Virus record (IMG/VR): IMGVR_UViG_3300045972_000344
Span: 1-61,328 of that record
Source of the DNA: a virus
Taxonomy: Duplodnaviria > Caudoviricetes
DNA length: 61,328 bases
Reading direction: 5' to 3' (one strand)
Shown here: piece after piece, positions 1-9,236 of the stretch
Layout: each line of letters begins with the position of its first letter
Numbering within the stretch: position 1 is the stretch's first letter
The notes under the pieces: model-generated
What the model saw: the letters and a program-made list of their open reading frames with translations, nothing else
Database searches by the model: none
What the model was told of the DNA's origin: nothing
Translations under genes and position numbers: made by a program

Positions 1-7
1 GTCTGCT

Positions 8-202
8 TCACTCGCCCGCCTTGAGGATCCGCATGGTCCTGCACTTCCGGCAGCACCAGACCTGGGCCTCGGTGATCGGCGTCTTCCCCCATGGCGTCTT
101 GATGTTGAGCGAGACCCCGTCCTTCTCTATCCGTTCCCGGCAGGTCCGGCAGCGTGGCGTGGTGTCAGGCCGCCCTTCGAGGAGCCCGTGGTGGATCATC
201 AT
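8..202 (-). CDS. small Cys-rich (Zn-finger-like) protein
   Basis: C-terminal part of ORF 8..394, restarted at ATG 202 which overlaps the upstream stop; CRTC...CCRKC. Confidence 0.55.
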   Translation of the reverse strand: MMIHHGLLEGRPDTTPRCRTCRERIEKDGVSLNIKTPWGKTPITEAQVWCCRKCRTMRILKAGE

Positions 203-537
203 GCTCGGCTCCGGCGCGGCAGAGGCCGCTTCGCCTTGAGCGCGCGGATGCCCGGCAGGATCCTGGGGCCGATGTCCTGCCCGAGCCCGACCTCCAGTTC
301 CTGGGCGACCGCCTGCAGGTTGATGCCGTCCAGGATGGCCGAGGCGGATTCCTTCCATGCGCGCAGGTCCGCAACCTCCCGCTGAAGGCTGCACAGGTCC
401 GGGCCGTTGATCTCCTCCACCAGCGCGGCGGCCAGCGCCTGGACCTGGGTCGAGCGCAGGTCCGCGTCCGGGTCATGGGGGTTTAGTTCCCGGATCTTGG
501 CCCGGGTCTTCGTGAGGATGGCTTCGAGGCTGATCAT
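199..537 (-). CDS. hypothetical phage protein, coiled-coil
   Basis: ATG 537 (MISLEA) preceded by GAGAGGAG; helical sequence. Confidence 0.6.
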   Translation of the reverse strand: MISLEAILTKTRAKIRELNPHDPDADLRSTQVQALAAALVEEINGPDLCSLQREVADLRAWKESASAILDGINLQAVAQELEVGLGQDIGPRILPGIRALKAKRPLPRRSRA

Positions 538-577
538 GTGGCTCCTCTCTCGGGGTGGCGGCTGCTGGACATATTCG

Positions 578-697
578 TTATTCGGTATCGGCGCGGCACT
601 CGTCACAGGGTTCATCCCAGCTAACCCCGTGCTCACAGAAACCGTCATCGCGCATGAAGTCGCGGTCCATTTCATCGAAGGCGATTTCATCGACCAT
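578..697 (-). CDS. 39-aa acidic microprotein with CEH...CDEC motif (not in ORF track)
   Basis: Hand translation MVDEIAFDEMDRDFMRDDGFCEHGVSWDEPCDECRADTE; GGAGG upstream. Confidence 0.55.
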   Translation of the reverse strand: MVDEIAFDEMDRDFMRDDGFCEHGVSWDEPCDECRADTE

Positions 698-719
698 GGT
701 TCCTCCAGATGGACAAAAG

Positions 720-923
720 CTATTCGGGGATCAATTCAAGGCGAGCCGCGCCACAGGTGAGGACGAAGTTGCATTTCTCACCGTCCTCGCGCTTCGTGCC
801 CACCCTGTTCGTGTTGTTCGTGTCTGTGATTTCCAGGACATCCCCAAGGGCGGCAAATCCGGGGGCACCGGCACCGACTACCTTCACCTTGTCGCCGGGT
901 TTAATGGTTTTGAAGTCGATCAT
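720..923 (-). CDS. small SH3/KOW-like protein
   Basis: ATG 923 after AAGGAAG; IKPGDKVKVV pattern. Confidence 0.55.
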   Translation of the reverse strand: MIDFKTIKPGDKVKVVGAGAPGFAALGDVLEITDTNNTNRVGTKREDGEKCNFVLTCGAARLELIPE

Positions 924-960
924 TGGTTCTTCCTTTCGAGGGTCGTGCAGATGGACAGGC

Positions 961-1194
961 TCACGCCTGGAATGTGGCAGCGACAGAGCCGTCAGGATTG
1001 AGATATGTGAGGTGCGAGGTCGGGTGGAAGTAGAGTGAGCAGTCCTCACCGTCCATCCATACCCTCAGCCGCGCCCCTGTGGAACCGACGATCACGCCCT
1101 CGCGGTGCTGCCCGTGGTTGGGGTCGGTGGACCGGACCCGCATTCCGCGCTTGGCAGGGACACCGTAGTTTTTTCGGATGTATTCCATGCTCAC
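961..1194 (-). CDS. small conserved phage protein
   Basis: MEYIRKNYGVPAKRGMRV N-terminus typical of a common small phage protein; GGAGG upstream. Confidence 0.65.
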   Translation of the reverse strand: MSMEYIRKNYGVPAKRGMRVRSTDPNHGQHREGVIVGSTGARLRVWMDGEDCSLYFHPTSHLTYLNPDGSVAATFQA

Positions 1195-1281
1195 AGGAGC
1201 CTCCGGATCATGGGTAGGAGGCGCGGGGCCGCGTCATTCCTGGGTTGGTTGGTTCCGGCTCCCGGCGCGTGTTCGGACACT

Positions 1282-1623
1282 TCATGCCCCCTGGACGCTC
1301 TGCGCGTCCTCCATGGCCCCCTTGACCGCCTTCACCAAGGATGGCTCTGCGTTGTTCTCCACCAGCACCCGCTCCGCCTCGCTGGCCGCGTAGGCAGCGC
1401 CCTTGCGCCAGCCCTCCCCGAAGCGGCCGTCACCCGGCTGCAGGCCCTGGCCCGGTGCCAGGAGTCCCTGGGCCCGCAGGTTCTCCGCGTGGCGGTGGAT
1501 GGTGCTGACCGCCCGGCTCGTCCGATGGGCGACCTCCTGGAGCGTGGCCGCCCTGCCCGTCTCCGCGCACACCGCGTAGACGGCATCCATGACCGTTTTC
1601 TGGAACCTCGACCCTGGCCTCAT
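1282..1623 (-). CDS. LexA-N-like winged-helix DNA-binding protein
   Basis: GRAATLQEVAH...STIHRHAENLRAQGLL; ATG overlaps the primase stop. Confidence 0.65.
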   Translation of the reverse strand: MRPGSRFQKTVMDAVYAVCAETGRAATLQEVAHRTSRAVSTIHRHAENLRAQGLLAPGQGLQPGDGRFGEGWRKGAAYAASEAERVLVENNAEPSLVKAVKGAMEDAQSVQGA

Positions 1624-3332
1624 CGTCCGCCTCCCCTCGTGATCCGCGCCATGCGCGCCCGGAGTTCCACGAGGCTGCACTGAAGCCCCGCCAGCACCGT
1701 CTGGTCCCCGGCGACCTCGCCGAGCCTCTGGATGATCATTCGCTGCTCCCTCTGGATGAATTCTCGCTCAAGTCGAAGCTGCAGCCGCTTGGGATCGACC
1801 TGCCCGGCCTGCTGCTCACGGGCGCATGCCGCGCGGATGATGGCCTGCTCATCGTGGCCGAGTTCCGTGGCGTCCCCCTGGGCCTCCAGGAGATCCTCAA
1901 GAACCCCCGCGCGCTCCCGCCAATCCCACCAGCCGAGAGGGATGTTCTGGACCCAGGTCACGAATGGCCCCGCCTTGGCCGCCATCGCCACCAGGGCGCT
2001 CACGGCGTCATCGGGCGGTGTCATGGGGCGGGCGACTGGCTTGGCCTGCTGCTGGGCCTGTTTGGGGGCCTGCTGCGCATGGAAGCTGGCCGCTGGCACC
2101 TTGAGTTCGTGGGCCGCCGCGAGGACGATCTCGTCTCTCTGGTGCCCGGGCAGGTAGGCGATCCACTGGGCGACCTCCCGGGCCGCCTGCAGCCTGTCTT
2201 CGAGGCGCCGCAGATCCTTCCCCGCCTTGGCCTTGTCCAGGGCGAAGGTGGCCCAGTCCGGTGCTGCTGCGACCGCCGACTTGGCCCCTGCCCCGCGCGT
2301 CCGGGCCCAGGTATCTGGGTCATCCCCTTCCGGCAGGATCAGGAGGCGAACATCGAAGCCCATGGGAAGGGCCAGCGTGAGCGCCTTGTGCGCCGCCCGC
2401 TGGCCCGCTTCGTCCCCGTCCATCGCCAAGGTGAGACGGTTCGTCCACCGCTTGATCGCGTTCAGGTGCCCCTCGGTGAGCGCCGTGCCCAGGGGGGCGA
2501 CCGCCCCTTGGATCCCCTGCTGGCAGAGCGCGATGGCATCGAAGTAACCTTCCACCACCACCGCCCCGCCGTCCCTCATGAATGCCTTGGCCCGGTGAAG
2601 GTGGAAGACGACCTCGGATTTGTGGAAGAGCGAGGTCTCCCGGGTGTTCATGTATTTCGGTGAATCCGCCGGGGCGTCTGGCATGGCCCTGCCCCCGAAG
2701 GCGATCACCCGGCCGCGTGTGTCCTTGATCGGGATGGTGATCCGCTCCCGGAGGAAGTCGATCATGGTTCCCCGTTGGCTGCGCACCGCGAGCCCGGCCG
2801 CCTCCAGAACCTCCGCGCTGAACCCGATCCCCTGCAGGTAGGTGATGGTCGTGTCCCAGCCAGCCGGGGCGAATCCGATCCCCTCCTCCTCGGCGACCGC
2901 CTGGGTGATGCCCCGCTCCTCCAGGTAAGCCCGGGCCTCGTAGGACTCGTGGAGGGTGGTTTCGTAGAAGTCCTGCGCCGCCGCCAGGGCCCGCAGTGCT
3001 CGATCTTCCGCCGGGTTGAGCGGCTTCTGCTCTCGGGATGGGAGGGTGATGCCCGTCCGCCGGGCCATCTCCTCCAGGGCGGTCTCGAAGTCCATGCCGT
3101 GGGACGCCTGGAGCCAGTCCATCGCGTCTCCCCCGGCGCCGCACGCGAAGCAGTGCCATTGTCCCTTGTCAGGCTGCACCGAGATGCACGGTGTTCGCGC
3201 TCCGCCTCCATGGGTTGGGCATGGCCCACCCATCCATCCCGTCCCTTGCTTGCGGAGTTTGATTGTCTCTCCGCACAGCCCTGGCAGGTCTGCGGCGTCC
3301 CTGATAGCGCGGATCGCTTGTGTGCGGTCCAC
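1620..3332 (-). CDS. dnaG: DnaG-type DNA primase
   Basis: Zn finger CPTH...CFAC, FGGR, KYMNT, VEGYFD, TOPRIM DGDEAG and DPD; GTG start at 3332 after GCAAAGGAG (track start 3365). Confidence 0.92.
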   Translation of the reverse strand: MDRTQAIRAIRDAADLPGLCGETIKLRKQGTGWMGGPCPTHGGGARTPCISVQPDKGQWHCFACGAGGDAMDWLQASHGMDFETALEEMARRTGITLPSREQKPLNPAEDRALRALAAAQDFYETTLHESYEARAYLEERGITQAVAEEEGIGFAPAGWDTTITYLQGIGFSAEVLEAAGLAVRSQRGTMIDFLRERITIPIKDTRGRVIAFGGRAMPDAPADSPKYMNTRETSLFHKSEVVFHLHRAKAFMRDGGAVVVEGYFDAIALCQQGIQGAVAPLGTALTEGHLNAIKRWTNRLTLAMDGDEAGQRAAHKALTLALPMGFDVRLLILPEGDDPDTWARTRGAGAKSAVAAAPDWATFALDKAKAGKDLRRLEDRLQAAREVAQWIAYLPGHQRDEIVLAAAHELKVPAASFHAQQAPKQAQQQAKPVARPMTPPDDAVSALVAMAAKAGPFVTWVQNIPLGWWDWRERAGVLEDLLEAQGDATELGHDEQAIIRAACAREQQAGQVDPKRLQLRLEREFIQREQRMIIQRLGEVAGDQTVLAGLQCSLVELRARMARITRGGGR

Positions 3333-3344
3333 GGTCCCTCCTTT

Positions 3345-3560
3345 GCAGGGATCAGCTTCGCCCATTCCGGTTATTTTTCAAGCACCTTTTGCGCCTGCCC
3401 CGTGAAAAAGCGTAATCCCGGGGGGGTGCAAAGGCTCTAAGCATGGCGTAACTCCTGGGTTTGAGGCTGGACACCCATTCTACTCCCATTGCCGACCCTG
3501 CGCTCTGGACAAAAAAAAGGGCTTGCGTGGAGTTCCGTTTGTTCCGAAACTCCAAGATGC
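3345..3560. promoter_or_regulatory. divergent promoter region
   Basis: AT-rich gap between divergent operons; plus strand A-tract then TTGCGT-17-GAAACT with a TGGAGTT/AACTCCA inverted repeat; minus strand TTGAAA-16-GAAGCT. Confidence 0.5.
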
Positions 3561-3572
3561 AAAGGAGGCCCC

Positions 3573-3965
3573 ATGGCCATGACGAAGAAGGAAATTGCCG
3601 AGGCAGAAGCCCTGCGCGCTCGGCTTCAGGAGGCCACCAGCCTCCGCGACCTCACCATCCACTCCCCGGTCCCCATCCCGGTTTCTTCCGAGTCCTCGGT
3701 CGCCGAGGGGCTCTGGTGGGTGAACAGCTACAGCCTGCTGAATTGGATGGGCCAGACCCCATGCGCCGCTGGCTGCGTTGGGCTCGGCCGCCGAAAGGGC
3801 AGCTATTCCCACTCGACCTCCCCCGAGGGCTCGTCCTGGTCCCAGGGCCCGGGGAAGTTCTACGGCTCCCGGAAGGCTGCCCTGTTGGCCGCCCGGGATG
3901 AGGTCGTGAAGAAGTTCGCCCTCGCTCTCGCGGCCGTGGACCGTGAAATCGAAAAGGAGCCGTGA
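3573..3965 (+). CDS. hypothetical phage protein
   Basis: ATG 3573 after AAGGAGG; overlaps next gene. Confidence 0.7.
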   Translation: MAMTKKEIAEAEALRARLQEATSLRDLTIHSPVPIPVSSESSVAEGLWWVNSYSLLNWMGQTPCAAGCVGLGRRKGSYSHSTSPEGSSWSQGPGKFYGSRKAALLAARDEVVKKFALALAAVDREIEKEP

Positions 3966-4366
3966 TGAGCATCGCCAATGTCGCCCGCGTCTCCCTCGAC
4001 CATCTCCATGCCGACCTGCAGGCCCGCTACAACCGGGTCAAGGCGTCCCTGGGCTCGCTGAAGCACCAGGAGTCGGAGTATGCCCGCCAGCACCGCGTCC
4101 TGCTGGCCGCCTACTCGGACCTGCTGGCCGTGGCCGCCGAGCACCTGGGCACCCTCGCTGCATCCACCCCCGCCCCGACCAACCCGGTCGAGGTCGCCGA
4201 TGGCCCGCCGTGCCCCGCATGCGCCCACCCCTCGTGGAAGACCGACCGCCCTGGGATCTGGCGCTGCACCCGCGCGGGCTGCGTCATCGGCCACTTCGGC
4301 ACCGGGGCCCCCGGCTTCCCCTCTTTCCTTGTCACCGACCCCGCAAAGGAGCACTCCCATGGCTGA
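3962..4366 (+). CDS. coiled-coil plus Zn-ribbon protein
   Basis: CPAC...WRCTRAGC; translationally coupled. Confidence 0.65.
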   Translation: MMSIANVARVSLDHLHADLQARYNRVKASLGSLKHQESEYARQHRVLLAAYSDLLAVAAEHLGTLAASTPAPTNPVEVADGPPCPACAHPSWKTDRPGIWRCTRAGCVIGHFGTGAPGFPSFLVTDPAKEHSHG

Positions 4367-5198
4367 AAACTCCGGCATCGCCTGGACCGACCACACCGTC
4401 AACCCCTGGTGGGGCTGCGCCAAGGTTTCCCCCGCCTGCGCGAACTGCTACGCCGAGGGCGTGGATCACCGCTTCGCCAAGAACGGCGATGCTCACTGGG
4501 GGGCCGATGCTTCCCGCCGGATCCGCGTGGAGGCCGCCGAGAAGGAGGCCCTCCGCTACGAGCGCCGCGCCATCAAAGAGGGCCGCCGATTCAAGGTGTT
4601 CTGTGCCTCGATGGCCGACTTCTTCGAGGACCGCCCCGACCTGGACCTGCCCCGCCTGCAGTTCCTGGATGTCATGCGGCGCACCCCGCACCTGGACTGG
4701 CTGGTGCTCACGAAGCGTCCCGATAATATCCAGCCCGCGCTCCTCCGGGCCTTCGAGGGCGTGATGGTGGACGGCCATGAAATCGCCGACTGGCTGGCCC
4801 ACTGGCTGGACGGGAAGCCGCCCGCGAATGTCTGGCTGGGCACCACGGTCGAGAGCCAGCAGTGGGCCAACCACCGCCTCACCTCTCTGCTCTCCGTCCC
4901 CGCCGCCATCCACTTCGTCTCGGTCGAGCCCATCCTGGGCCCCGTGGACCTGACGCCCTGGCTCGCCAAGGGCCCCCTGAACAGCCTGGACTGGGTCATC
5001 GTGGGAGGGGAGTCTGGCGCCCATGCCCGGCCGCTGGGCCTGCACTGGCTCATTGAGATTCGGAATGCCTGCCGCCGCGCTGGCGTGGCCTTCTTCATGA
5101 AGCAGCTTTCCCAGGAGGGCTGGTTCAATTCCTTTGACGACTTCGAGTCCTTCCCTATTGACCTTCAAATCCGCAAGTTTCCCGAGGATCTCCGATGA
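4359..5198 (+). CDS. phage Gp37/Gp68 (DUF5131) family protein
   Basis: IAWTDHTVNPWWGCAKVSPACANCYA, SMADFF, LTKRP, NVWLGTTVE, DWVIVGGESG, FFMKQ. Confidence 0.9.
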   Translation: MAENSGIAWTDHTVNPWWGCAKVSPACANCYAEGVDHRFAKNGDAHWGADASRRIRVEAAEKEALRYERRAIKEGRRFKVFCASMADFFEDRPDLDLPRLQFLDVMRRTPHLDWLVLTKRPDNIQPALLRAFEGVMVDGHEIADWLAHWLDGKPPANVWLGTTVESQQWANHRLTSLLSVPAAIHFVSVEPILGPVDLTPWLAKGPLNSLDWVIVGGESGAHARPLGLHWLIEIRNACRRAGVAFFMKQLSQEGWFNSFDDFESFPIDLQIRKFPEDLR

Positions 5199-5905
5199 TC
5201 GAACTCTCCAAGCACGACCTCCTGCAGTGCGTCCGGCGGCTGCCCGCCCAGGTGCGCGACCTCCTCAAATCCCGGCCCGACCTCATGGTCGCGGGCGGTT
5301 ATATCCGGGCCTGCGTGGCGGGCGAGAAGGTGTCGGATATCGACATCATGTGCCCCTCGGTGGATGCGGGCGGGGCCTGCGCCCTGCTGCTCTCCAAGGC
5401 TTCCGGGGATGCCCGGATCCACAAGACCGACAACGCCCTCACGGTGAAGCTGCGCCCTGTCCCGGCCCAGTTCATCACCCGCTGGACCTTCGCCAGCCCA
5501 CCCGAGGCCCTTGCGTCCTTCGACTTCACCATCGCCTGCGCCGCCTTCTGGTGGGATGGGCAGCAGTGGTGCTCCCTGGCCCACGGCGACTTCTACACCG
5601 ACCTCGCTGGGAAACGGCTCGTCTACCTCTCGCCCGTCCGCGAGGAGGAAGCTGGCGGCTCCATGCTGCGGATCCTCAAGTTCTACCAGAAGGGCTACCG
5701 CATCCCCCTCGATTCCCTGGGCGCCGTCATGGCCCGGATGGTGAAGGCCCTGGACTTCAAGCGGATTGAAGACCTACAGGACGAGGCCCGGGTTGGGAAG
5801 GTGCTCACGGGCCTGCTCCGCGAGGTGGACCCGAACATCGACCCCGACCACATCAGCCATCTCCCCTCGCTCCCGGATGCCGCCGACCTGGATGCCCCGG
5901 AATGA
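5195..5905 (+). CDS. nucleotidyltransferase (pol-beta fold, CCA/poly(A)-polymerase-head-like)
   Basis: AGGYIRA...SDIDI and SFDFTI motifs; RILKF...GY at C-terminus. Confidence 0.7.
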   Translation: MIELSKHDLLQCVRRLPAQVRDLLKSRPDLMVAGGYIRACVAGEKVSDIDIMCPSVDAGGACALLLSKASGDARIHKTDNALTVKLRPVPAQFITRWTFASPPEALASFDFTIACAAFWWDGQQWCSLAHGDFYTDLAGKRLVYLSPVREEEAGGSMLRILKFYQKGYRIPLDSLGAVMARMVKALDFKRIEDLQDEARVGKVLTGLLREVDPNIDPDHISHLPSLPDAADLDAPE

Positions 5906-6300
5906 GGATGGGCCGACCGTCCCTCGCCCTCGGCATCTGGCCCGCCATGATCCAGGCGGCCGGGGGCGTCCTCCCGCTGGCCCAGCGCCTGGGGGTGACT
6001 CCCCGCGCGCTCCAGTGGGTCTTCACAGGCCAGCGTTCCCTCCGCTCCTCCAATGCCCCGGCTGCGCGCGCCTTTGCCCGGCTGCACGAGATCCAGATCC
6101 GGGTGTTCCATCACCCTTCGTCCCGGGGCGCGCTTCTCGTCTCCTCCGCCTCCGGCTGGTTCCTCGTGCCCGCCGAACCCGGCGGCTGGGAGCGCGCCAC
6201 TGTTGCCCGGCGCCAGCCCACCGAGGACTGGTCCGCCCTCCCGGCCCTGGAGGTCGACTTCGCCTCCATCTGGCCCTCCATCTCACCCGGGGATGTTTGA
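5902..6300 (+). CDS. protein with N-terminal Cro-like HTH
   Basis: AAGGVLPLAQRLGVTPRALQW; ATGA overlap. Confidence 0.5.
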   Translation: MRMGRPSLALGIWPAMIQAAGGVLPLAQRLGVTPRALQWVFTGQRSLRSSNAPAARAFARLHEIQIRVFHHPSSRGALLVSSASGWFLVPAEPGGWERATVARRQPTEDWSALPALEVDFASIWPSISPGDV

Positions 6301-6323
6301 TCCCCTTGTTCCGAAAGGACACC

Positions 6324-6641
6324 ATGCCGCAAGGAAACGCTGCCAACACTTTCGATTTTTCTATCGCTCCGGCCTACCGCGCCAAGGGTGCAATCCTGGC
6401 CGTGCTCGACCACCGGGGCCCGGGGCACACGCTCTACTGCCTATCTCGCAACGCCCGCCACTCCCCGCATCGTGGCTGCCCCTCCCAGCCCGCGCTCTGG
6501 AAGGCCCCCGCCGGGCTCCTGGAGGCCCTACGCGCCCTCCTGGCTTCCGGCTGTGTGGATCGGGTGGGCGCCTACCACTGGTTGCGCCCTGGGCGCTCTC
6601 GTGGCATCGTTGTCCCTCTACGCGGGGTAGTTCAGCGGTAG
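6324..6641 (+). CDS. hypothetical, possibly winged helix
   Basis: ATG 6324 after GAAAGGA; stop lies inside the tRNA 5' end. Confidence 0.4.
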   Translation: MPQGNAANTFDFSIAPAYRAKGAILAVLDHRGPGHTLYCLSRNARHSPHRGCPSQPALWKAPAGLLEALRALLASGCVDRVGAYHWLRPGRSRGIVVPLRGVVQR

Positions 6642-6695
6642 AACGCTTGTCTCATACGCAAGAGGTCGCGGATTCAAATTCCGCCCCCGCACCCA
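6621..6695 (+). tRNA. tRNA with CAT anticodon (fMet-like acceptor stem), encoded CCA
   Basis: Cloverleaf: CGCGGGG/CCCCGCA acceptor, GTTC/GAAC D stem, CTTGT-CTCATAC-GCAAG anticodon arm, GCGGA-TTCAAAT-TCCGC T arm, C-CCA. Confidence 0.88.
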
Positions 6696-6798
6696 AAAGC
6701 CACGGCCCCCCACGCCTCTCCCGCAAGGGACGCGCACCCAGGGGGGCCCCTTTGCGTCTGGCCCCTGATAGGATGGAGCATCCCCCTCGGAGGCTTTC

Positions 6799-7440
6799 AT
6801 GGGCGCTCTCACCAATCTCGCCGAGAATAAGATCCAAGACGCGGTGTGGCGTGGGCAGGCCCTGGGCGCCCCGGCGACCCACTACTTCGCCCTGATCGCC
6901 GCCTCGCGCGGGTATTCGAGCGCAGTTCGCTCGGCCGTGGTCTCCATCGGCGACACCCTTCTCCCCACGACCCCGAACGGCCGCATGTATCGCTGCACCA
7001 CGGGCGGAACCTGCGGCGCGGGTGAGCCCACCTGGAGCACCGTGAACGGCGGCACGACCGCTGACGGCGGCACGGTGGTCTGGACCGAAATGACCCCCGA
7101 CTTCGAGGCCGGGACGAACCTCACCGAAGTGTCCGGCGGCGGCTACGCCCGGCAGCCCCTCGCGGCTTCGCTGGCGAACTTCGCGGGCACCCAGGCACTG
7201 CTCTCCACCACCGCCTCGACCGGAACGGGCGGCCAGACCGCGAACAATGTGGCGATCACCTACGGCACCCCTTCGGCGAACTGGGGAGTCATCGGCGCCC
7301 TCGTCACCGCCTCCTCGCTGGCTGGCGCGCTCTCCACGGATGCTTGGTCCTACCAGACCCTCACCACCCCCAAGACCGTGAACAACGGCGACTCGGCTCC
7401 CAGCTTCGCCATCTCGGCCTTCACGAACACCCTGGATTAA
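6799..7440 (+). CDS. virion structural protein (fibre-associated) with inserted CBM-like module
   Basis: LTNLAENKI...EVSGGGYARQ...ANWG pattern; insert MYRCTTGGT...EPTW...DGGTVVW. Confidence 0.7.
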   Translation: MGALTNLAENKIQDAVWRGQALGAPATHYFALIAASRGYSSAVRSAVVSIGDTLLPTTPNGRMYRCTTGGTCGAGEPTWSTVNGGTTADGGTVVWTEMTPDFEAGTNLTEVSGGGYARQPLAASLANFAGTQALLSTTASTGTGGQTANNVAITYGTPSANWGVIGALVTASSLAGALSTDAWSYQTLTTPKTVNNGDSAPSFAISAFTNTLD

Positions 7441-7449
7441 GGCTGACCG

Positions 7450-7734
7450 ATGGCCGCTACGGGAACCATCGTTATCGACTTCGGCGCCTTCCCTGGCGCG
7501 AACGAAGCCTATGTCGATGTCACGGGGCAGGGGACTATCCTCGCGGGCTCGCTCTGTGATGCCTGGATCCGCGCGGAGGCTTCCCCCGACCACGACCTGC
7601 AGGACCACACCTGGGCGCCGTGCTTCGTGGAAATCTGCACGGGTGTCCCATCGGCTGGCGTGGGCTTCCGCATCTACGCCCGGTGCGTGGAACAGATCAC
7701 TGGAAAATTTAACCTCGACTGGGCTTGGGCCTAA
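7450..7734 (+). CDS. small virion structural protein
   Basis: beta-rich, in structural operon. Confidence 0.55.
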   Translation: MAATGTIVIDFGAFPGANEAYVDVTGQGTILAGSLCDAWIRAEASPDHDLQDHTWAPCFVEICTGVPSAGVGFRIYARCVEQITGKFNLDWAWA

Positions 7735-7746
7735 AAGGAGCACCCC

Positions 7747-9210
7747 ATGGGATTCGGCGCATTCATCCTCGGTCTCACTGGCCTCCAGGCCGATGTAGAC
7801 GCCTTCAACAACCTAAAGGTCAACCTCCCGGCCACGCTCACGCAGGCTGGCTACGCGATCATCGCGGGGCAGATCCCCGGCTCGCCGAACCAGAACCGCA
7901 TCGTCAATGTCTCCGCTGAGGGCCGCCCCCATGTGGCCCTCGACCGCCCGATCTTCTACATGAACTTCGCGGGCTCGGCGACCTCCGCGAACGCCATCCC
8001 CCAGGACGCCCTGAAGCAGACCGCCACGACCATGACGGCCGCTGCGGGCTCGCCCTCCAACGGGTTCCTGCTGCTGAATGCCTCCGCGATCAACACCACC
8101 GCCACGGGCATCCAATACCAGACCTACGCGACCTTCGCCACCTACGCGGGCTTCGGCACTCGATATGAATTCGAGGCTGCCACGGTCAACGCCGGAAGCG
8201 CCGCCAACAAGACCATCGAACTGGGTTCGTTCCTGACGACCGATGCAAAAACGCCCGGCATCCTGGACGGCTTCTGCTTCCGCTGGAATGCCTCGGGTGA
8301 GTTCCGGGGCATCATGTCGATCAACGGCACGGAGACCTCCACCGCCCCGCTCGCTATCCCCTCGGACAATGTCATCCACCGCTACACCATCGTGGTGAAC
8401 CAGGGCGGCCTGGATTTCCTCGTGGACGGGCTCTGGGTCGCCACCCTGGCTGTCCCCACAGATCAGGTCGGCCCCGGCTTCCAGCCCAATCTTCCCCAGG
8501 CTGTCCGAGTCTACAATTCGGTCGCCACCCCCACCCTGGCCCCGCAGCTTAAGGTGGCCGAAATGTGGGTCACCCAGTGCGGCGTGGACTGGAACAAGCC
8601 CTGGGCCCACATCAAGGCCGGGGAAGGCCAGCACTGCTCCAATGTCCCCTTCGGCACGGCCATCGGCGAGACCACCAACGGTGGCAACGCCGTGGCGATC
8701 CCTGCGACCGCCGTTGGCTCCAACACCGCCGCACTCCTGAACGCTCTCGGTGGCACCGCCCGCATGACCGCCCAGGTGACCAATGTGGCCGCCGCTGGCG
8801 ATAACATTTTCTGCTCGTATCAGGTGCCCGTGCAGTCCGCGACCCAGGGCTCCAAGCGCCTTGTGATCACGGGCGTCCGCATCGCCGCTTCGAACGGCGG
8901 CGCCGTCATCGCCACCACGCCGACCCAGCTTCTCTGGGGTCTGGCTTGGGGCCACACGGCCGTCTCCCTGGCGACCGCCGATGCCGTGGGCGCCAAGGCA
9001 CCGCGCCACATGAAGCTGGGTCAGATGTATGGTGCCATCGGCAATGTGATCGGCCAGGGCTACGACCGCGATCTGGTGGCGCAGTTCTCCACCCCCATCG
9101 TGGTGAACCCTGGCGAGTTCATCGCCGTGACCCTGCGGTTCCTGCTCGGCACCGCGACCGCCCTCCAGGAAGTCGTTGGCTGCGTGGGCTTCGAGGGCTA
9201 CTGGGAGTAG
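7747..9210 (+). CDS. virion fibre/appendage protein with lectin-like beta sandwich
   Basis: AAGGAG RBS; HRYTIVV...FLVDG LamG/ConA-like pattern; ends GYWE. Confidence 0.6.
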   Translation: MGFGAFILGLTGLQADVDAFNNLKVNLPATLTQAGYAIIAGQIPGSPNQNRIVNVSAEGRPHVALDRPIFYMNFAGSATSANAIPQDALKQTATTMTAAAGSPSNGFLLLNASAINTTATGIQYQTYATFATYAGFGTRYEFEAATVNAGSAANKTIELGSFLTTDAKTPGILDGFCFRWNASGEFRGIMSINGTETSTAPLAIPSDNVIHRYTIVVNQGGLDFLVDGLWVATLAVPTDQVGPGFQPNLPQAVRVYNSVATPTLAPQLKVAEMWVTQCGVDWNKPWAHIKAGEGQHCSNVPFGTAIGETTNGGNAVAIPATAVGSNTAALLNALGGTARMTAQVTNVAAAGDNIFCSYQVPVQSATQGSKRLVITGVRIAASNGGAVIATTPTQLLWGLAWGHTAVSLATADAVGAKAPRHMKLGQMYGAIGNVIGQGYDRDLVAQFSTPIVVNPGEFIAVTLRFLLGTATALQEVVGCVGFEGYWE

Positions 9211-9236
9211 TGGCTCCCCCCGGGAAGGAGTAACCC

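Noticed and set aside
6621-6695. tRNA as prophage attachment site
   Set aside because: No integrase or duplicated tRNA 3' end seen; phage genes on both sides
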